DNA from: Fibrobacterales bacterium
GTDB lineage: Bacteria; Fibrobacterota; Fibrobacteria; Fibrobacterales; JAOPTW01
Assembly (NCBI GenBank): GCA_051532055.1
Contig: JAOPTX010000006.1
Span: forward strand, 1 to 43,041
Direction: 5' to 3'
DNA length: 43,041 bases
Shown: piece by piece, positions 27,692-37,526 of the stretch
Position numbering within the stretch: the stretch's first letter is position 1
Layout of the letters: each line of letters starts with the position of its first letter
Notes under the pieces: model-generated
Seen by the model: only the letters and a program-made list of their open reading frames with translations
Told to the model about the DNA's origin: nothing
Database searches by the model: none
Program-made: the position numbers and the translations under genes

Positions 27692-28477
27692 ATGAAACAG
27701 AAAAATGTATCGAAAATTATGCGAGGACTTGTCTTGATTGGTATTTGTATGTTGAGCTCCTGCCTTACAACACAACATTTCAATACTGGTAAAACCTTAA
27801 AAACGGGTAATTCAGTAGTAGTATGGGGAGTAGGATCGAATACAATATTTAATTGTAGTAGAGATTATGATAATTGGGAATACTCAAATAATGACAGTAC
27901 TGTTTACACTAAAACGTGTCAATCAAATGAAAATGAAATAATAGATGATGAATTAGCGCCTCAGATAAGTCGTAAATTTCGCCTTGGAGTTCGAGATGAC
28001 TGGGGGCCTTTCCCTGGTGTAGATATTGGGTATTCCCTCGAGGCTCCAGGTGGCGTTGAATTTGATGGCCGTCTTGCGCTGCCTGGATTGTCCGAAAGTT
28101 TATATCATTCACTTTCAGTTGGGTGGATTATTGGGTTGTGGGCAGATAATACAGTGTTTCTAGAGTATGCCTTTTCCAAAGAGGTGGGCAAGAATAGTTT
28201 TTATGTTAATCTGAGAGAATCTTATATTGCGACTCAAGCATATGATCTTGAATTTGATGAAGACAGTGAGGAGATGTTTAAACATAATAGGAATTGGGCA
28301 ACGCAGCTCGGTTTTGGAATGCGGCATGAAGGGAAACGACAGTTCTTTTTTCCCAATGTCTTTTATGCCCATGGAACAATTACAGCACCAGCATTTAGTT
28401 TTGTCGATAGAATAGAGGGAGATATGAGACCAATGTATCAGTTTTCACCAAGTGTGGGGGTCGGATGGACTTACTAA
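27692..28477 (+). CDS. Hypothetical lipoprotein with beta-barrel-like C-terminus
   Basis: AAGGTG SD before ATG 27692; lipobox LSSC; ends FSPSVGVGWTY. The ORF-track start at 27560 lies inside the upstream terminator. Confidence 0.65.
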   Translation: MKQKNVSKIMRGLVLIGICMLSSCLTTQHFNTGKTLKTGNSVVVWGVGSNTIFNCSRDYDNWEYSNNDSTVYTKTCQSNENEIIDDELAPQISRKFRLGVRDDWGPFPGVDIGYSLEAPGGVEFDGRLALPGLSESLYHSLSVGWIIGLWADNTVFLEYAFSKEVGKNSFYVNLRESYIATQAYDLEFDEDSEEMFKHNRNWATQLGFGMRHEGKRQFFFPNVFYAHGTITAPAFSFVDRIEGDMRPMYQFSPSVGVGWTY

Positions 28478-31218
28478 AAGTATTGATACTCTGTGGGGCG
28501 GTTGTTTCGGGATTTAGTCAGGAGTCATTTGTAAATGACACTATTGCTCAAAAAACGAATGTGAATGAAATTTCAACTGTTGATTTTAAAACGTTAAACG
28601 ATACACCCTCTATTAAGGCTGATTCTGTAGAAAGTGGTAAAAATAGAATAATGGTAACAGGTACCTTACTCAATAGTACAACAGGTGAAGGGTATGTAGG
28701 ACAAAGTATTGTAGTTGGTGAAAGCGGCATTAAGGTGACCACTGATGAAGATGGATTTTTTGAATTGTCTGCTCCTCGTGAAGACTCATTAACCTTTTAT
28801 TTGATGACCGATACCCTATATGTTGAACAGAGTACGTTTGCTGTGGAAGATAGTATCGTTTTTTTGAATGTTCTATTAAAAGTTGGCATAGGAAGTAGGG
28901 ACTTAGAAAAACCAGATTCTGTTGATATGGTAGTGGTTGCAGAGAGAGGGGCAATTCATGATCGGAAAAAAGTATCAAGCTTTAAGGTTACTCGGAGCGA
29001 AATGCAAGAGATGGCTGCAAGTATGGGAGACCCGATGCGGGTAATATCTTCAATGCCTGGGGTTACTTCACAGAGTGATTTAAGTGTACGAAGTTTTGTG
29101 CGAGGCGGTAAGGCAGAGGAGATGCGGGTTTTCTGGAACGATGTACCTCTATTGCAACCCTACCATATGGGGACAATCTTCTCAATTTTTAATATGGAGC
29201 ATATTGATAACGCTGAATTGTTTACCGGTAATTTACCCATAGGAATGAATAACGCTCTATCTGCTGCACTGGTAACTGAAAACCGGACGCCCCCTAAAGA
29301 CTCATTGGAAGGCTATAATGAGCTTTCAACAATGAGAAACAATATTTATGTTGGGTCACCTATAACAAAGAGGATTTCTGCAGACATCTCGTTTCAATAT
29401 TTTCATTGGGATTGGTTCTTTAAGCGAACCGGAGATTTTGCTATGCTCATGGCGGGAGATGAAGACACTGAAGAAGATTGGGAGAAAGCGAAAAAGTTTT
29501 TTGCAATCCCAACATTTTTAGATATACAAGCAGGGATTGAGTTTGAGGTAAATGAAAAACTTTCAATAAGTTATCGAGGGCTCTATGCATCGGACTGGTT
29601 TTATGTCCTCGATCCTATCGATATGATAGAACAGACAAATGGAGATACTATGCATTTGGATTCAATTGATACCCTTGCTTATGTAGGGGTAGACAATTGG
29701 GTTCATACTGTGAATGCCAATTACCTGATGAGTGAAAATTGGAAAATGAGGGGAAGTGTTGCTTATCAATCTCAAAAGTGGAATATACAGTTTGGTGATA
29801 CTGATGCTGACAATATTTTTACCGATCCCAAATTTGATTTAGAACGATCAACATTTCATCTAAAATTTGACAATGTCTATAGCCCTAATGAAAATCATGT
29901 CGTTAATTTTGGCGCGTCTTTTGATCTCTGGATGCAAGAGTATAATGCTTATATAATACGGCCAATGTATGAATTGTTTGTAAATGGTAGTTATGACGTA
30001 GTCAAGATGCTTGGGATGGATGAACCTGAGGGTATCGTTATAACAGAGGAGGATGGCATTGGCGGCGTCTCTGATGTTTTGGGGCGTATTAGGTTTGATC
30101 ATGTTGGGAGCCGTTCTCAACAATTTTACGCACTCTATGGGGGGGATAAATGGAATGTAAATGATGATTTGCGTCTTGAATTTGGTCTTCGTCTTGAATA
30201 TGGAAATGGCACGAGTGATCTGTTTCCGTCACCTCGTGCCGCTGTGTTTAAAAGACTAGATGAGAGTAATGAGCTTACTATCTCAGCAGGTCTCTATTCA
30301 CAAAACGATATACCCTATTTTATGCTCGATCAAAACCCGCATTTGCAGTCTGAAAAAAATATAATGGGCGAATTTGAGTGGAGTCATGATTTTAATACTC
30401 GGTATCGTTTTGAATGGCGTACATATGGAAAATATTATTTCGATCTCGTTGCATCACAATCAACTAAACATCCTTTGCCCAAAACAAAGAATGAATTGAT
30501 TGAGACCATTCGGCATCTCTATAAAACGTTAGAAATGGGAGATATTGTTGAGGATGAGGATATTGTTGTTGCCGATTTTTTACAACAATTTGATATGAGT
30601 GATGAGGCAATTGAACAGTTCTTTACCGACTCAGCATTTGTACCTTATGATTTAAGATCCGTATTGCAGTATACTGATATCTCTTACGAAAATAGTGGTG
30701 TGGGGTATGCTGTAGGATCAGAGCTTATCTTCCGATATGATCCAACAAAAGTATGGCGTGGGTGGATTTCTGCTGAATTAAGTACTTCCAAGAGAAAGGA
30801 TGATACTGATGGAATGTGGTATAACTTTAGTGATTATAGGCCATATCAAATTAAATGGCACAATTACTTTAATATGAGTAATGATTGGGAAATTGCATTT
30901 CGATATACCTATGCAGGGGGTAAGGCTTATACGCCCTATGATGAGCCATTCTCCAATGATTTTATGAATCGCTCAGACACCGTACTGGTGATTGGTAAGA
31001 AAAATTCGCGCTGGTATAATGTCTATGAGCGACTTGATATATCTCTTGCTCAAAACTCAACTTTTTTCGGTCTTCCGAGTCGGACGTATTTTGAAGTGTG
31101 GAACGCCTTTAATGTTCCAAATTTTTTCTTGAGAGATTCAGAAACAAATAAATTGGTTTCTATAGAGCCAAACCTGCCATTTCCAACTATCTTTTTTGGC
31201 TGGCAATTGAGGTGGTAA
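28465..31218 (+). CDS. TonB-dependent receptor
   Basis: Signal peptide, N-terminal carboxypeptidase-like domain (TTDEDGFFEL), plug motif GDPMRVISSMPGV...VRGG, GLRLEY, SPRAA, YERLDI, EVWNAFN, terminal W. Confidence 0.9.
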   Translation: MDLLKVLILCGAVVSGFSQESFVNDTIAQKTNVNEISTVDFKTLNDTPSIKADSVESGKNRIMVTGTLLNSTTGEGYVGQSIVVGESGIKVTTDEDGFFELSAPREDSLTFYLMTDTLYVEQSTFAVEDSIVFLNVLLKVGIGSRDLEKPDSVDMVVVAERGAIHDRKKVSSFKVTRSEMQEMAASMGDPMRVISSMPGVTSQSDLSVRSFVRGGKAEEMRVFWNDVPLLQPYHMGTIFSIFNMEHIDNAELFTGNLPIGMNNALSAALVTENRTPPKDSLEGYNELSTMRNNIYVGSPITKRISADISFQYFHWDWFFKRTGDFAMLMAGDEDTEEDWEKAKKFFAIPTFLDIQAGIEFEVNEKLSISYRGLYASDWFYVLDPIDMIEQTNGDTMHLDSIDTLAYVGVDNWVHTVNANYLMSENWKMRGSVAYQSQKWNIQFGDTDADNIFTDPKFDLERSTFHLKFDNVYSPNENHVVNFGASFDLWMQEYNAYIIRPMYELFVNGSYDVVKMLGMDEPEGIVITEEDGIGGVSDVLGRIRFDHVGSRSQQFYALYGGDKWNVNDDLRLEFGLRLEYGNGTSDLFPSPRAAVFKRLDESNELTISAGLYSQNDIPYFMLDQNPHLQSEKNIMGEFEWSHDFNTRYRFEWRTYGKYYFDLVASQSTKHPLPKTKNELIETIRHLYKTLEMGDIVEDEDIVVADFLQQFDMSDEAIEQFFTDSAFVPYDLRSVLQYTDISYENSGVGYAVGSELIFRYDPTKVWRGWISAELSTSKRKDDTDGMWYNFSDYRPYQIKWHNYFNMSNDWEIAFRYTYAGGKAYTPYDEPFSNDFMNRSDTVLVIGKKNSRWYNVYERLDISLAQNSTFFGLPSRTYFEVWNAFNVPNFFLRDSETNKLVSIEPNLPFPTIFFGWQLRW

Positions 31219-31240
31219 CGCATATTAGCGAAGGATTACT

Positions 31241-31837
31241 ATGTTAGATTATTTAGATCAGGGTGGAGTATTCATCTACCCAATAATTATCGGGTCAATT
31301 TGGGCCTTTACCCTCATATTTGAGAGGCTCTACTTTTTTAAAAAGAAGGTATCAAAGTATGAAAAAGAGTTTGATGGGTATCTTTCGACGTTGCAGTCTA
31401 GTGGCGTAGATTCTGTACTGACTCAGTTGGAATCAAAAAAAGGATTTGTAGCGACCTTACTAAAAGCAGCATGGAAAGATCAACATATCGATATGCCCAA
31501 GGTTGAGCGACGGGTTGAAGAGGTGATCCATTCCCATATGCCAGAGTTTGACAAGCATATTAGCACAATCAGTATGCTGGCAGGAGTGCAGCCACTCCTT
31601 GGGCTTCTCGGGACTATTACTGGTATGATAGCAGTATTTGCAGTAATATCTACTCAAGGGACTGGAGACCCTAAAGCTCTTGCTGATGGGATATCAGAGG
31701 CGATGATTACGACACAAGCAGGGCTCTGTGCGGCAGTGCCGATATTGATTGGGCATAACTTTTTGAGAAATCGCTTTAAAAATGTACTCTATGCTATACA
31801 GGCTATTTGTGCTAAAGCATTAGATCAGAGATCATAA
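31241..31837 (+). CDS. exbB: MotA/TolQ/ExbB proton channel protein
   Basis: QGGVFIYPII, PLLGLLGTITGMI, GISEAMITTQAGL..AVP. Confidence 0.88.
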   Translation: MLDYLDQGGVFIYPIIIGSIWAFTLIFERLYFFKKKVSKYEKEFDGYLSTLQSSGVDSVLTQLESKKGFVATLLKAAWKDQHIDMPKVERRVEEVIHSHMPEFDKHISTISMLAGVQPLLGLLGTITGMIAVFAVISTQGTGDPKALADGISEAMITTQAGLCAAVPILIGHNFLRNRFKNVLYAIQAICAKALDQRS

Positions 31838-31839
31838 TA

Positions 31840-32268
31840 ATGGCCCTCGAAAAAGTTTTTAACGAAATCGCTAGTAAAAGTGATGAGGATAGTATTAATC
31901 TCTCTCCGATGATTGATATGATATTTTTACTACTACTCTTCTTTATGGTAACGACAACTTTTGAAAAAAATGCGGGTATTGAGGTTAAGCGCTCTGACTC
32001 TGAGTCGGCAACCCATCTACAAAAAGAGCGTCTTACTATCACTATTGACTCAATGGGTGGGTATTGGTTACTTGAGCAATCCTTGAAACTCGATGCTATT
32101 ATTTCTCAAACTCAAGAGTGGTTTGAGGGAAATCCCGAAGGAATGGTTCTTATTATTCCCGATAAGTCTGTTAAGATGGACCCCTTTATTCAACTGATTG
32201 ACGAATTGAACATTAAGAATATTTCCAATTTTGCTATTGGGACCAATCCACCAGCTCAGAAGAGATAG
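31840..32268 (+). CDS. exbD: Biopolymer transporter ExbD
   Basis: INLSPMIDMIFLLLLFFMVTTTF with conserved TM Asp. Confidence 0.9.
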   Translation: MALEKVFNEIASKSDEDSINLSPMIDMIFLLLLFFMVTTTFEKNAGIEVKRSDSESATHLQKERLTITIDSMGGYWLLEQSLKLDAIISQTQEWFEGNPEGMVLIIPDKSVKMDPFIQLIDELNIKNISNFAIGTNPPAQKR

Positions 32269-32282
32269 GTTCGCTCTAATTC

Positions 32283-32930
32283 ATGGTTCGTGATTATTTA
32301 AAGCGTTATCGGTACCCGTTTATCGGTGCATTGATTCTCCACTTTCTTCTCTTTGGTGGGTTTCTTTTGGTGCCTGAAAAACCAGAGCGACCTGTTCGGT
32401 TAGTTAATTTTCAAATGCTTAATCTGAAGCCTCCAAAAGAACCAACAGTTTCAAAAAAGCCCCCTAAGAAGCGAAAAAAAGTAAAACCTAAGAAGGTGAT
32501 TAAAAAGAAGGTGACTCCAAAAAAGAAGAGTGAGTTTGCAGAAAAAAAAGTTGAGAAACCTGTAGAGGAGCCTGTTGAAAAACCAGCCCCTGTAATAGAC
32601 CCCGTGCCAGATCTTGTGCCTGAATTGCCTGCGATCGTTTCGGAATCGGCCCTTGATAATAAAAGCGTGAAACCCTTTGGTAATAAACGCCCTCATTATC
32701 CTCAGTTTGCAAGGGATGCAGAAATTGAAGGGTGGGTAAAACTCAAAGTGTTGGTAAATAAAAAAGGGCGAGTAACTCAAGTGAAGGTTGATAAGGTTGT
32801 GGGGCACAAAAGCTTTGCAAAAGAGACAATCAAGGTAGCAAAAAAATGGCGATTCCCCCCACTAACAGCCAAGGGAAGACGGGTTGAAGCGTGGATAACA
32901 CAAACGGTGCTATTTCAGCTTACAGACTAG
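32283..32930 (+). CDS. tonB: Energy transducer TonB
   Basis: TM with His (ALILH), Pro/Lys-rich linker, C-terminal PHYPQFARDAEIEGWV...WRFPP. Confidence 0.9.
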   Translation: MVRDYLKRYRYPFIGALILHFLLFGGFLLVPEKPERPVRLVNFQMLNLKPPKEPTVSKKPPKKRKKVKPKKVIKKKVTPKKKSEFAEKKVEKPVEEPVEKPAPVIDPVPDLVPELPAIVSESALDNKSVKPFGNKRPHYPQFARDAEIEGWVKLKVLVNKKGRVTQVKVDKVVGHKSFAKETIKVAKKWRFPPLTAKGRRVEAWITQTVLFQLTD

Positions 32931-33104
32931 AAGCGATATACGTTAGGGGCTACTCGACTTGTTGAGTACTTGATGGTTTTGTATGGGTAATAGTATCACA
33001 GACCTGAAATTAATTATATCAAGTGTGTGAAATAGGCGTAAATAAAATGCCGAGCCTCTATTAAGTTCTTATACTAAGAAAAACAATGAGTGGTAGAGCA
33101 ATCA

Positions 33105-33386
33105 ATGTCATACGAAAAAGAACTTCAAGAATATCATCTCACTCCTCGTGGCTGGGAGCAAGGGAGTTTCAATAGCTCAAGTGGGTTCCATGATCCGGTT
33201 CCGATTCCTAAGGATCGCGTTCTGACTCTGGGGTGTGCCGAAGAAAGAGACTATGGAGAAGACCCTCCCGAATACTCAGAATCAACGTTATGGAAAAGTG
33301 AAGAAGATTCTTCAATTGTGATTCTAAAGAAAGAGTTTGGTGATCGCCCCAATTGGTATGGCTATAAAAAGATGGGAATTGTCTAA
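33105..33386 (+). CDS. Small hypothetical protein
   Basis: 93 aa from ATG 33105 (MSYEKELQEYHLTPRGWEQGS); protein-like composition, no recognised family. Confidence 0.55.
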   Translation: MSYEKELQEYHLTPRGWEQGSFNSSSGFHDPVPIPKDRVLTLGCAEERDYGEDPPEYSESTLWKSEEDSSIVILKKEFGDRPNWYGYKKMGIV

Positions 33387-33392
33387 GAACTT

Positions 33393-33707
33393 TTAACGCT
33401 TTGCAGTAACCGCACCAAAGTATTGGCCATCGCCAATCATGGAGTGACCAAAAAAGGCAAGTACGAAGTTACAGAAAAAGCAGGCATAGTCCAAATGAGC
33501 GAAAAAATCTATTTTTCGTATGAGAATCACAGTAATTCCAAATGTTTTAAGTATTGCAAGAGAGAGTATGATGTAGGTGGGGTATCCCATCAATGAGAAA
33601 GCTTCTTTAAAATGGTCATATTGAGTCAGGTATCCAACAACTGACATGAGCATCATAGCATTAAGTAGCTCAGTAGTGACCCAATAGGTTGTTTTCACTT
33701 TTTCCAT
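33393..33707 (-). pseudogene. DoxX-like membrane protein, apparently truncated or degenerate
   Basis: YWVTT..L..MMLMS, GYPTY, LAILK..G, F.LAFF.H...GDG. Ends before the expected last TM helix and has charged residues in TM positions. Confidence 0.55.
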
Positions 33708-34020
33708 AGTGATCTTCATCGGTTATGTTTCGTATTCGTGATTATTCAAGCTAATCTAAAAGAGTCCATCTTTGTAACCCATGCTCTTTTTGTAGAAAGG
33801 AGAGGTGGGCATTATGCTGAGAATATGGGGAATATCAAAGACATCTGCTTAACACAAAATCATCATATTAGTTTATAATTAACGTATAATTTAGTCATGT
33901 AATAGGCCAAAAATGCCTTTTGCAGATGTAAATAGTGAACAAAGTTGAAATAAGCCCAACCAGTAACTTTCAATAGTGTTCAAAACTAGCTAAGTTAAGG
34001 GGCAAGGAGATCGGTGTAGT

Positions 34021-34857
34021 ATGTTGGAAAAATCAAGTTTGTTTAAAATCGTGTGGTTTTTGGTAGTTATATCAGTAATGGTAGTTTCAGCATTTGGAGA
34101 AGGTGCTCAAAATGCCACTGTAGAAAAGCTTAAGATTGGCATCGATGATACCTTTTTATCAAAACATATTGATCTCGGTATTCAGTTAAATGATGAAACC
34201 GGAAAGCCCATCAGCCTTAAAGAGGCGGGTCACGGTAAACCTATCGTACTCGCTCTAGTATTTTATAACTGTAGTTCTATTTGTAGTCCTTTTCTAAATG
34301 CTATTGTTGATGTCGTTCACAATTCACCGGCTCATCTGCAACCGGGAGAAGACTATACAATAGTCGCGGTAAGTTTTGATACTCTTGATACCTGGGAAAT
34401 TGCCAAGGCCAAAAAAGAGTCGTACATGAAAATGCTTGGTGAACAGAAGGTTATTCCAGATGAAGGTTTTAGATTTTTAACCGGGAGCCCGGAGAGTATA
34501 AAAAAACTGACTGAATCTGTTGGGTTCTATTATAACATGGGAGAGGATGGACAGTATCAACATACGACAGCTCTTATAGTTATTTCTCCAGAAGGGACAA
34601 TCTCTCGCTATCTTAAAGGCCTTCGCTTTTTACCCCTTGACCTGCTTATGGCAGTTAATGACGCCTCAAATAATAAGTGGGGGCCTACCATAAACCGCAT
34701 TATTAAATTTTGCTATGCAAAAGACCCAGCAGGGAGAGGCTACTATTTTGACTTTCTCAAGGTTTTTGGCATATTGATTATCCTTACTATTGGGATAACG
34801 ATCACCAGCCTTACAATCATTATTAAAAGAAAACAAAACATCAAAGGAAAATCATAA
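34021..34857 (+). CDS. SCO1/SenC family copper chaperone
   Basis: FYNCSSIC (CxxxC), VSFD, FLTG, YQH, ISRYL, C-terminal TM; heads the oxidase operon. Confidence 0.9.
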   Translation: MLEKSSLFKIVWFLVVISVMVVSAFGEGAQNATVEKLKIGIDDTFLSKHIDLGIQLNDETGKPISLKEAGHGKPIVLALVFYNCSSICSPFLNAIVDVVHNSPAHLQPGEDYTIVAVSFDTLDTWEIAKAKKESYMKMLGEQKVIPDEGFRFLTGSPESIKKLTESVGFYYNMGEDGQYQHTTALIVISPEGTISRYLKGLRFLPLDLLMAVNDASNNKWGPTINRIIKFCYAKDPAGRGYYFDFLKVFGILIILTIGITITSLTIIIKRKQNIKGKS

Positions 34858-34859
34858 CT

Positions 34860-36572
34860 ATGAGTGATTCAACACAAAAGAAGACTCCAAGCTTCTGGGA
34901 GAGTCATACCAGTTCCCGGTGGAATTCCGGAATTATGAGCTGGATTATGTCTACTGACCATAAGCGTATTGGTATCCTCTACGGATTCAGTATCTTCTCA
35001 CTGTTCCTTCTTGCAGCACTTCTGGGTTTGACCATCAAACTACAGAAACTGTATCCGGCTGCAGATGGGTGGCAAATAATACCCCCTGAACTGTATGGCC
35101 AGGTGTTTACACTGCATGGTGTAATCATGATCTTTCTCTTTATTTTACCAGGTGCACCTGCGGTTATAGGTAATCTCATACTGCCACAGCAGCTTGGAGC
35201 GAAAGATGTTGCTTTCCCTCGGGTCAATCTACTTTCGCTTTGGATTTTTTGGGCTGGTGCAATTCTCGCAATTGTTGGAGTTCTTGCTGGTGGAGCTGAT
35301 ACTGGGTGGACGTTTACTACACCATATTCAGTGACAACAAAAACGGTCTCAATGTTTGGATTTCAAATAGAATCTGTATCATTGGTACTTTTTGCTGCAT
35401 TTGTTTTGGGCTGGGGAACTATCCTCACGGGCATCAACTTTATTATCACTATTCATCGTATGCGTGCAAAAGGCATGGGAATGTTTCAAATGCCTATGTT
35501 TAGTTGGGCTATCTATTCAACTAGTTGGATTCAAGTTCTTGCGACACCCGTTGTTGGCATCACACTTCTCCTTCTGATAATAGAACGGATTTTACCAATT
35601 GGGATTTTTGATCCAACCAAAGGTGGGGATCCTGTTCTCTTTCAGCACCTTTTTTGGATTTATTCTCACCCTGCAGTATATATTATGGTACTTCCGGTAA
35701 TGGGTATTGTTTCTGAGATTGTTGCAACAAACTCTCAAAAACCACTTTTTGGTTATAAATCAATGGTTTTTGCTCTTATGTCTATCGCTGGTGTTGGGTA
35801 TCTCGTTTGGGCTCATCACATGTTTACGACAGGTATGAGTGATTTTGCAAATGGAGTATTCTCGTTTCTTACCTTTATGGTGGCGATACCGACGGCGATA
35901 AAGGTATTTAATTGGATTGGCACCATGTATAAGGGGTCGATTCGCATAACCCCGGCAATGTGTTTCGCCCTTGCGTTTATCTTTAATTTTTTAATTGGTG
36001 GACTCACCGGAATGTTCCTCGGGTCACTATCTACCTCAATTTATGTACATGATACAGAATTTATTGTTGCCCACTTTCACTACACAATGTTTGGTGGGGT
36101 GGCGTTTGGTCTTATCGCTGGCGTGTTTCATTATCTCCCTAAATTCTTTGGCAAAATATATAACTTCAAGGCGGCCTACTACTCATTTGCCCTATTGTTC
36201 ATTGGGTTTAATGCAACCTATATTCCAATGTTTATTTTGGGTATGAAAGGAATGCCGCGTCGATATCATACGTATCCAGATATTCCAGAGTATGTATTGT
36301 TACAACAACTCTCAACCTACGGTTCATGGATAATGGGTCTCGGTATTTTCTTAACCTTGGGGACTCTGTTGTATACAGTAATTAAGGGTAAGAAGATGAC
36401 TCAATATAACCCATGGAACTCTTCGACACTTGAGTGGCAAACAGCAACTCCTCCTTCTCTTTTTAACTGGGATGAAGAGCATGAGCCAGCGGCTATCCGT
36501 CACCCTTACGATTTTGATGCCTTCCGCCAAGAAGTAAAAGATGGCATTTCAAAAGGAGAAAATGATGAGTGA
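34860..36572 (+). CDS. ctaD: Cytochrome c oxidase subunit I (A2 type)
   Basis: TDHKRIG, TLHG, DVAFPR, YSHPAVY, WAHHM, AHFHY, GMPRRY. Confidence 0.96.
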   Translation: MSDSTQKKTPSFWESHTSSRWNSGIMSWIMSTDHKRIGILYGFSIFSLFLLAALLGLTIKLQKLYPAADGWQIIPPELYGQVFTLHGVIMIFLFILPGAPAVIGNLILPQQLGAKDVAFPRVNLLSLWIFWAGAILAIVGVLAGGADTGWTFTTPYSVTTKTVSMFGFQIESVSLVLFAAFVLGWGTILTGINFIITIHRMRAKGMGMFQMPMFSWAIYSTSWIQVLATPVVGITLLLLIIERILPIGIFDPTKGGDPVLFQHLFWIYSHPAVYIMVLPVMGIVSEIVATNSQKPLFGYKSMVFALMSIAGVGYLVWAHHMFTTGMSDFANGVFSFLTFMVAIPTAIKVFNWIGTMYKGSIRITPAMCFALAFIFNFLIGGLTGMFLGSLSTSIYVHDTEFIVAHFHYTMFGGVAFGLIAGVFHYLPKFFGKIYNFKAAYYSFALLFIGFNATYIPMFILGMKGMPRRYHTYPDIPEYVLLQQLSTYGSWIMGLGIFLTLGTLLYTVIKGKKMTQYNPWNSSTLEWQTATPPSLFNWDEEHEPAAIRHPYDFDAFRQEVKDGISKGENDE

Positions 36573-37212
36573 TCATATGGAACACTACGATGAAGAAGGG
36601 ACACGCCTTGGTTTTTGGCTTTTCCTCTTCACTGAGCTTTTCCTCTTTGGTGGTATGTTTGTTGTGTATGCAACCTATCGCTTTAAATATCTAGAGGATT
36701 TTAAAACTGCGGCAGAGCAGTTGAATACCGGAATTGGTTCACTTAATACGGTAATTCTTCTTGCGAGTTCTGCCATGATTGTATTGTCACTCGCAGCCCT
36801 TAAAAATGGTGATAAAAAGCTGGCAAAAAGATTACTTATTGGTACTTGGGCATGTGGCGCAGCATTTTTGGTCATTAAAGGTTTTGAGTGGAACGCGAAA
36901 TTTGGTCATGAACTCTTCTTACAGTTTAGAACAGAAGTAGAGGCAGGGCATGGGTCACCACTCCTTAATCCGGGTGCAGAAATGTTGCCTCTTGGTCAGG
37001 TGGTCTTCTTTGGTCTCTATTTTGTAATGACTGGTGCGCACGCTATTCACGTGATTATCGGTATGATCTGGATGATGGTAGTATATGGTTTGATAAAAAA
37101 AGGTAAAGTACGGAGTGATCATAAAGCAGGGCTTGAATTTGTTGCTCTCTATTGGCACTTAGTTGACCTTATCTGGATTTTCCTTTTCCCACTCTACTAT
37201 TTAATAGCCTAG
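36565..37212 (+). CDS. ctaE: Cytochrome c oxidase subunit III
   Basis: LGFWLFLFTE..LFGG, NTVILLASS, TGAHAIHV, YWHLVDLIWIFLFPLYYL. AGGAG SD favours start 36565. Confidence 0.93.
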   Translation: MSDHMEHYDEEGTRLGFWLFLFTELFLFGGMFVVYATYRFKYLEDFKTAAEQLNTGIGSLNTVILLASSAMIVLSLAALKNGDKKLAKRLLIGTWACGAAFLVIKGFEWNAKFGHELFLQFRTEVEAGHGSPLLNPGAEMLPLGQVVFFGLYFVMTGAHAIHVIIGMIWMMVVYGLIKKGKVRSDHKAGLEFVALYWHLVDLIWIFLFPLYYLIA

Positions 37213-37221
37213 GAGATTACA

Positions 37222-37518
37222 ATGAGTACAGAACATTCACATTCGGTAGAAAAAGAGAGTTACCTAACTCCCACACTGGTCTTCTTCAATCTTTTTGGGC
37301 TGACCCTGATTACGGTGCTTCTTTCTGGAGCTATTGAGTCAAATAAAGGCTCGCTTTTTGCAGCACTCTTTGTTGCATGTATCAAGGCGTTTCTTGTTGT
37401 TCACCAATTTATGCATGTCGGCCATGAAGGTAAGTTGTTTAAAATTTTTATTGGTATTGCTGTAGGTACACTGATATCGATTTTTGTACTGCTATTCACC
37501 GATTACTTATATAGATAG
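37222..37518 (+). CDS. Cytochrome c oxidase subunit IV family protein
   Basis: 3 TM helices, A.IKAFLVV..FMH, terminal DYLYR; operon position. Confidence 0.88.
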   Translation: MSTEHSHSVEKESYLTPTLVFFNLFGLTLITVLLSGAIESNKGSLFAALFVACIKAFLVVHQFMHVGHEGKLFKIFIGIAVGTLISIFVLLFTDYLYR

Positions 37519-37526
37519 AGGTTATA

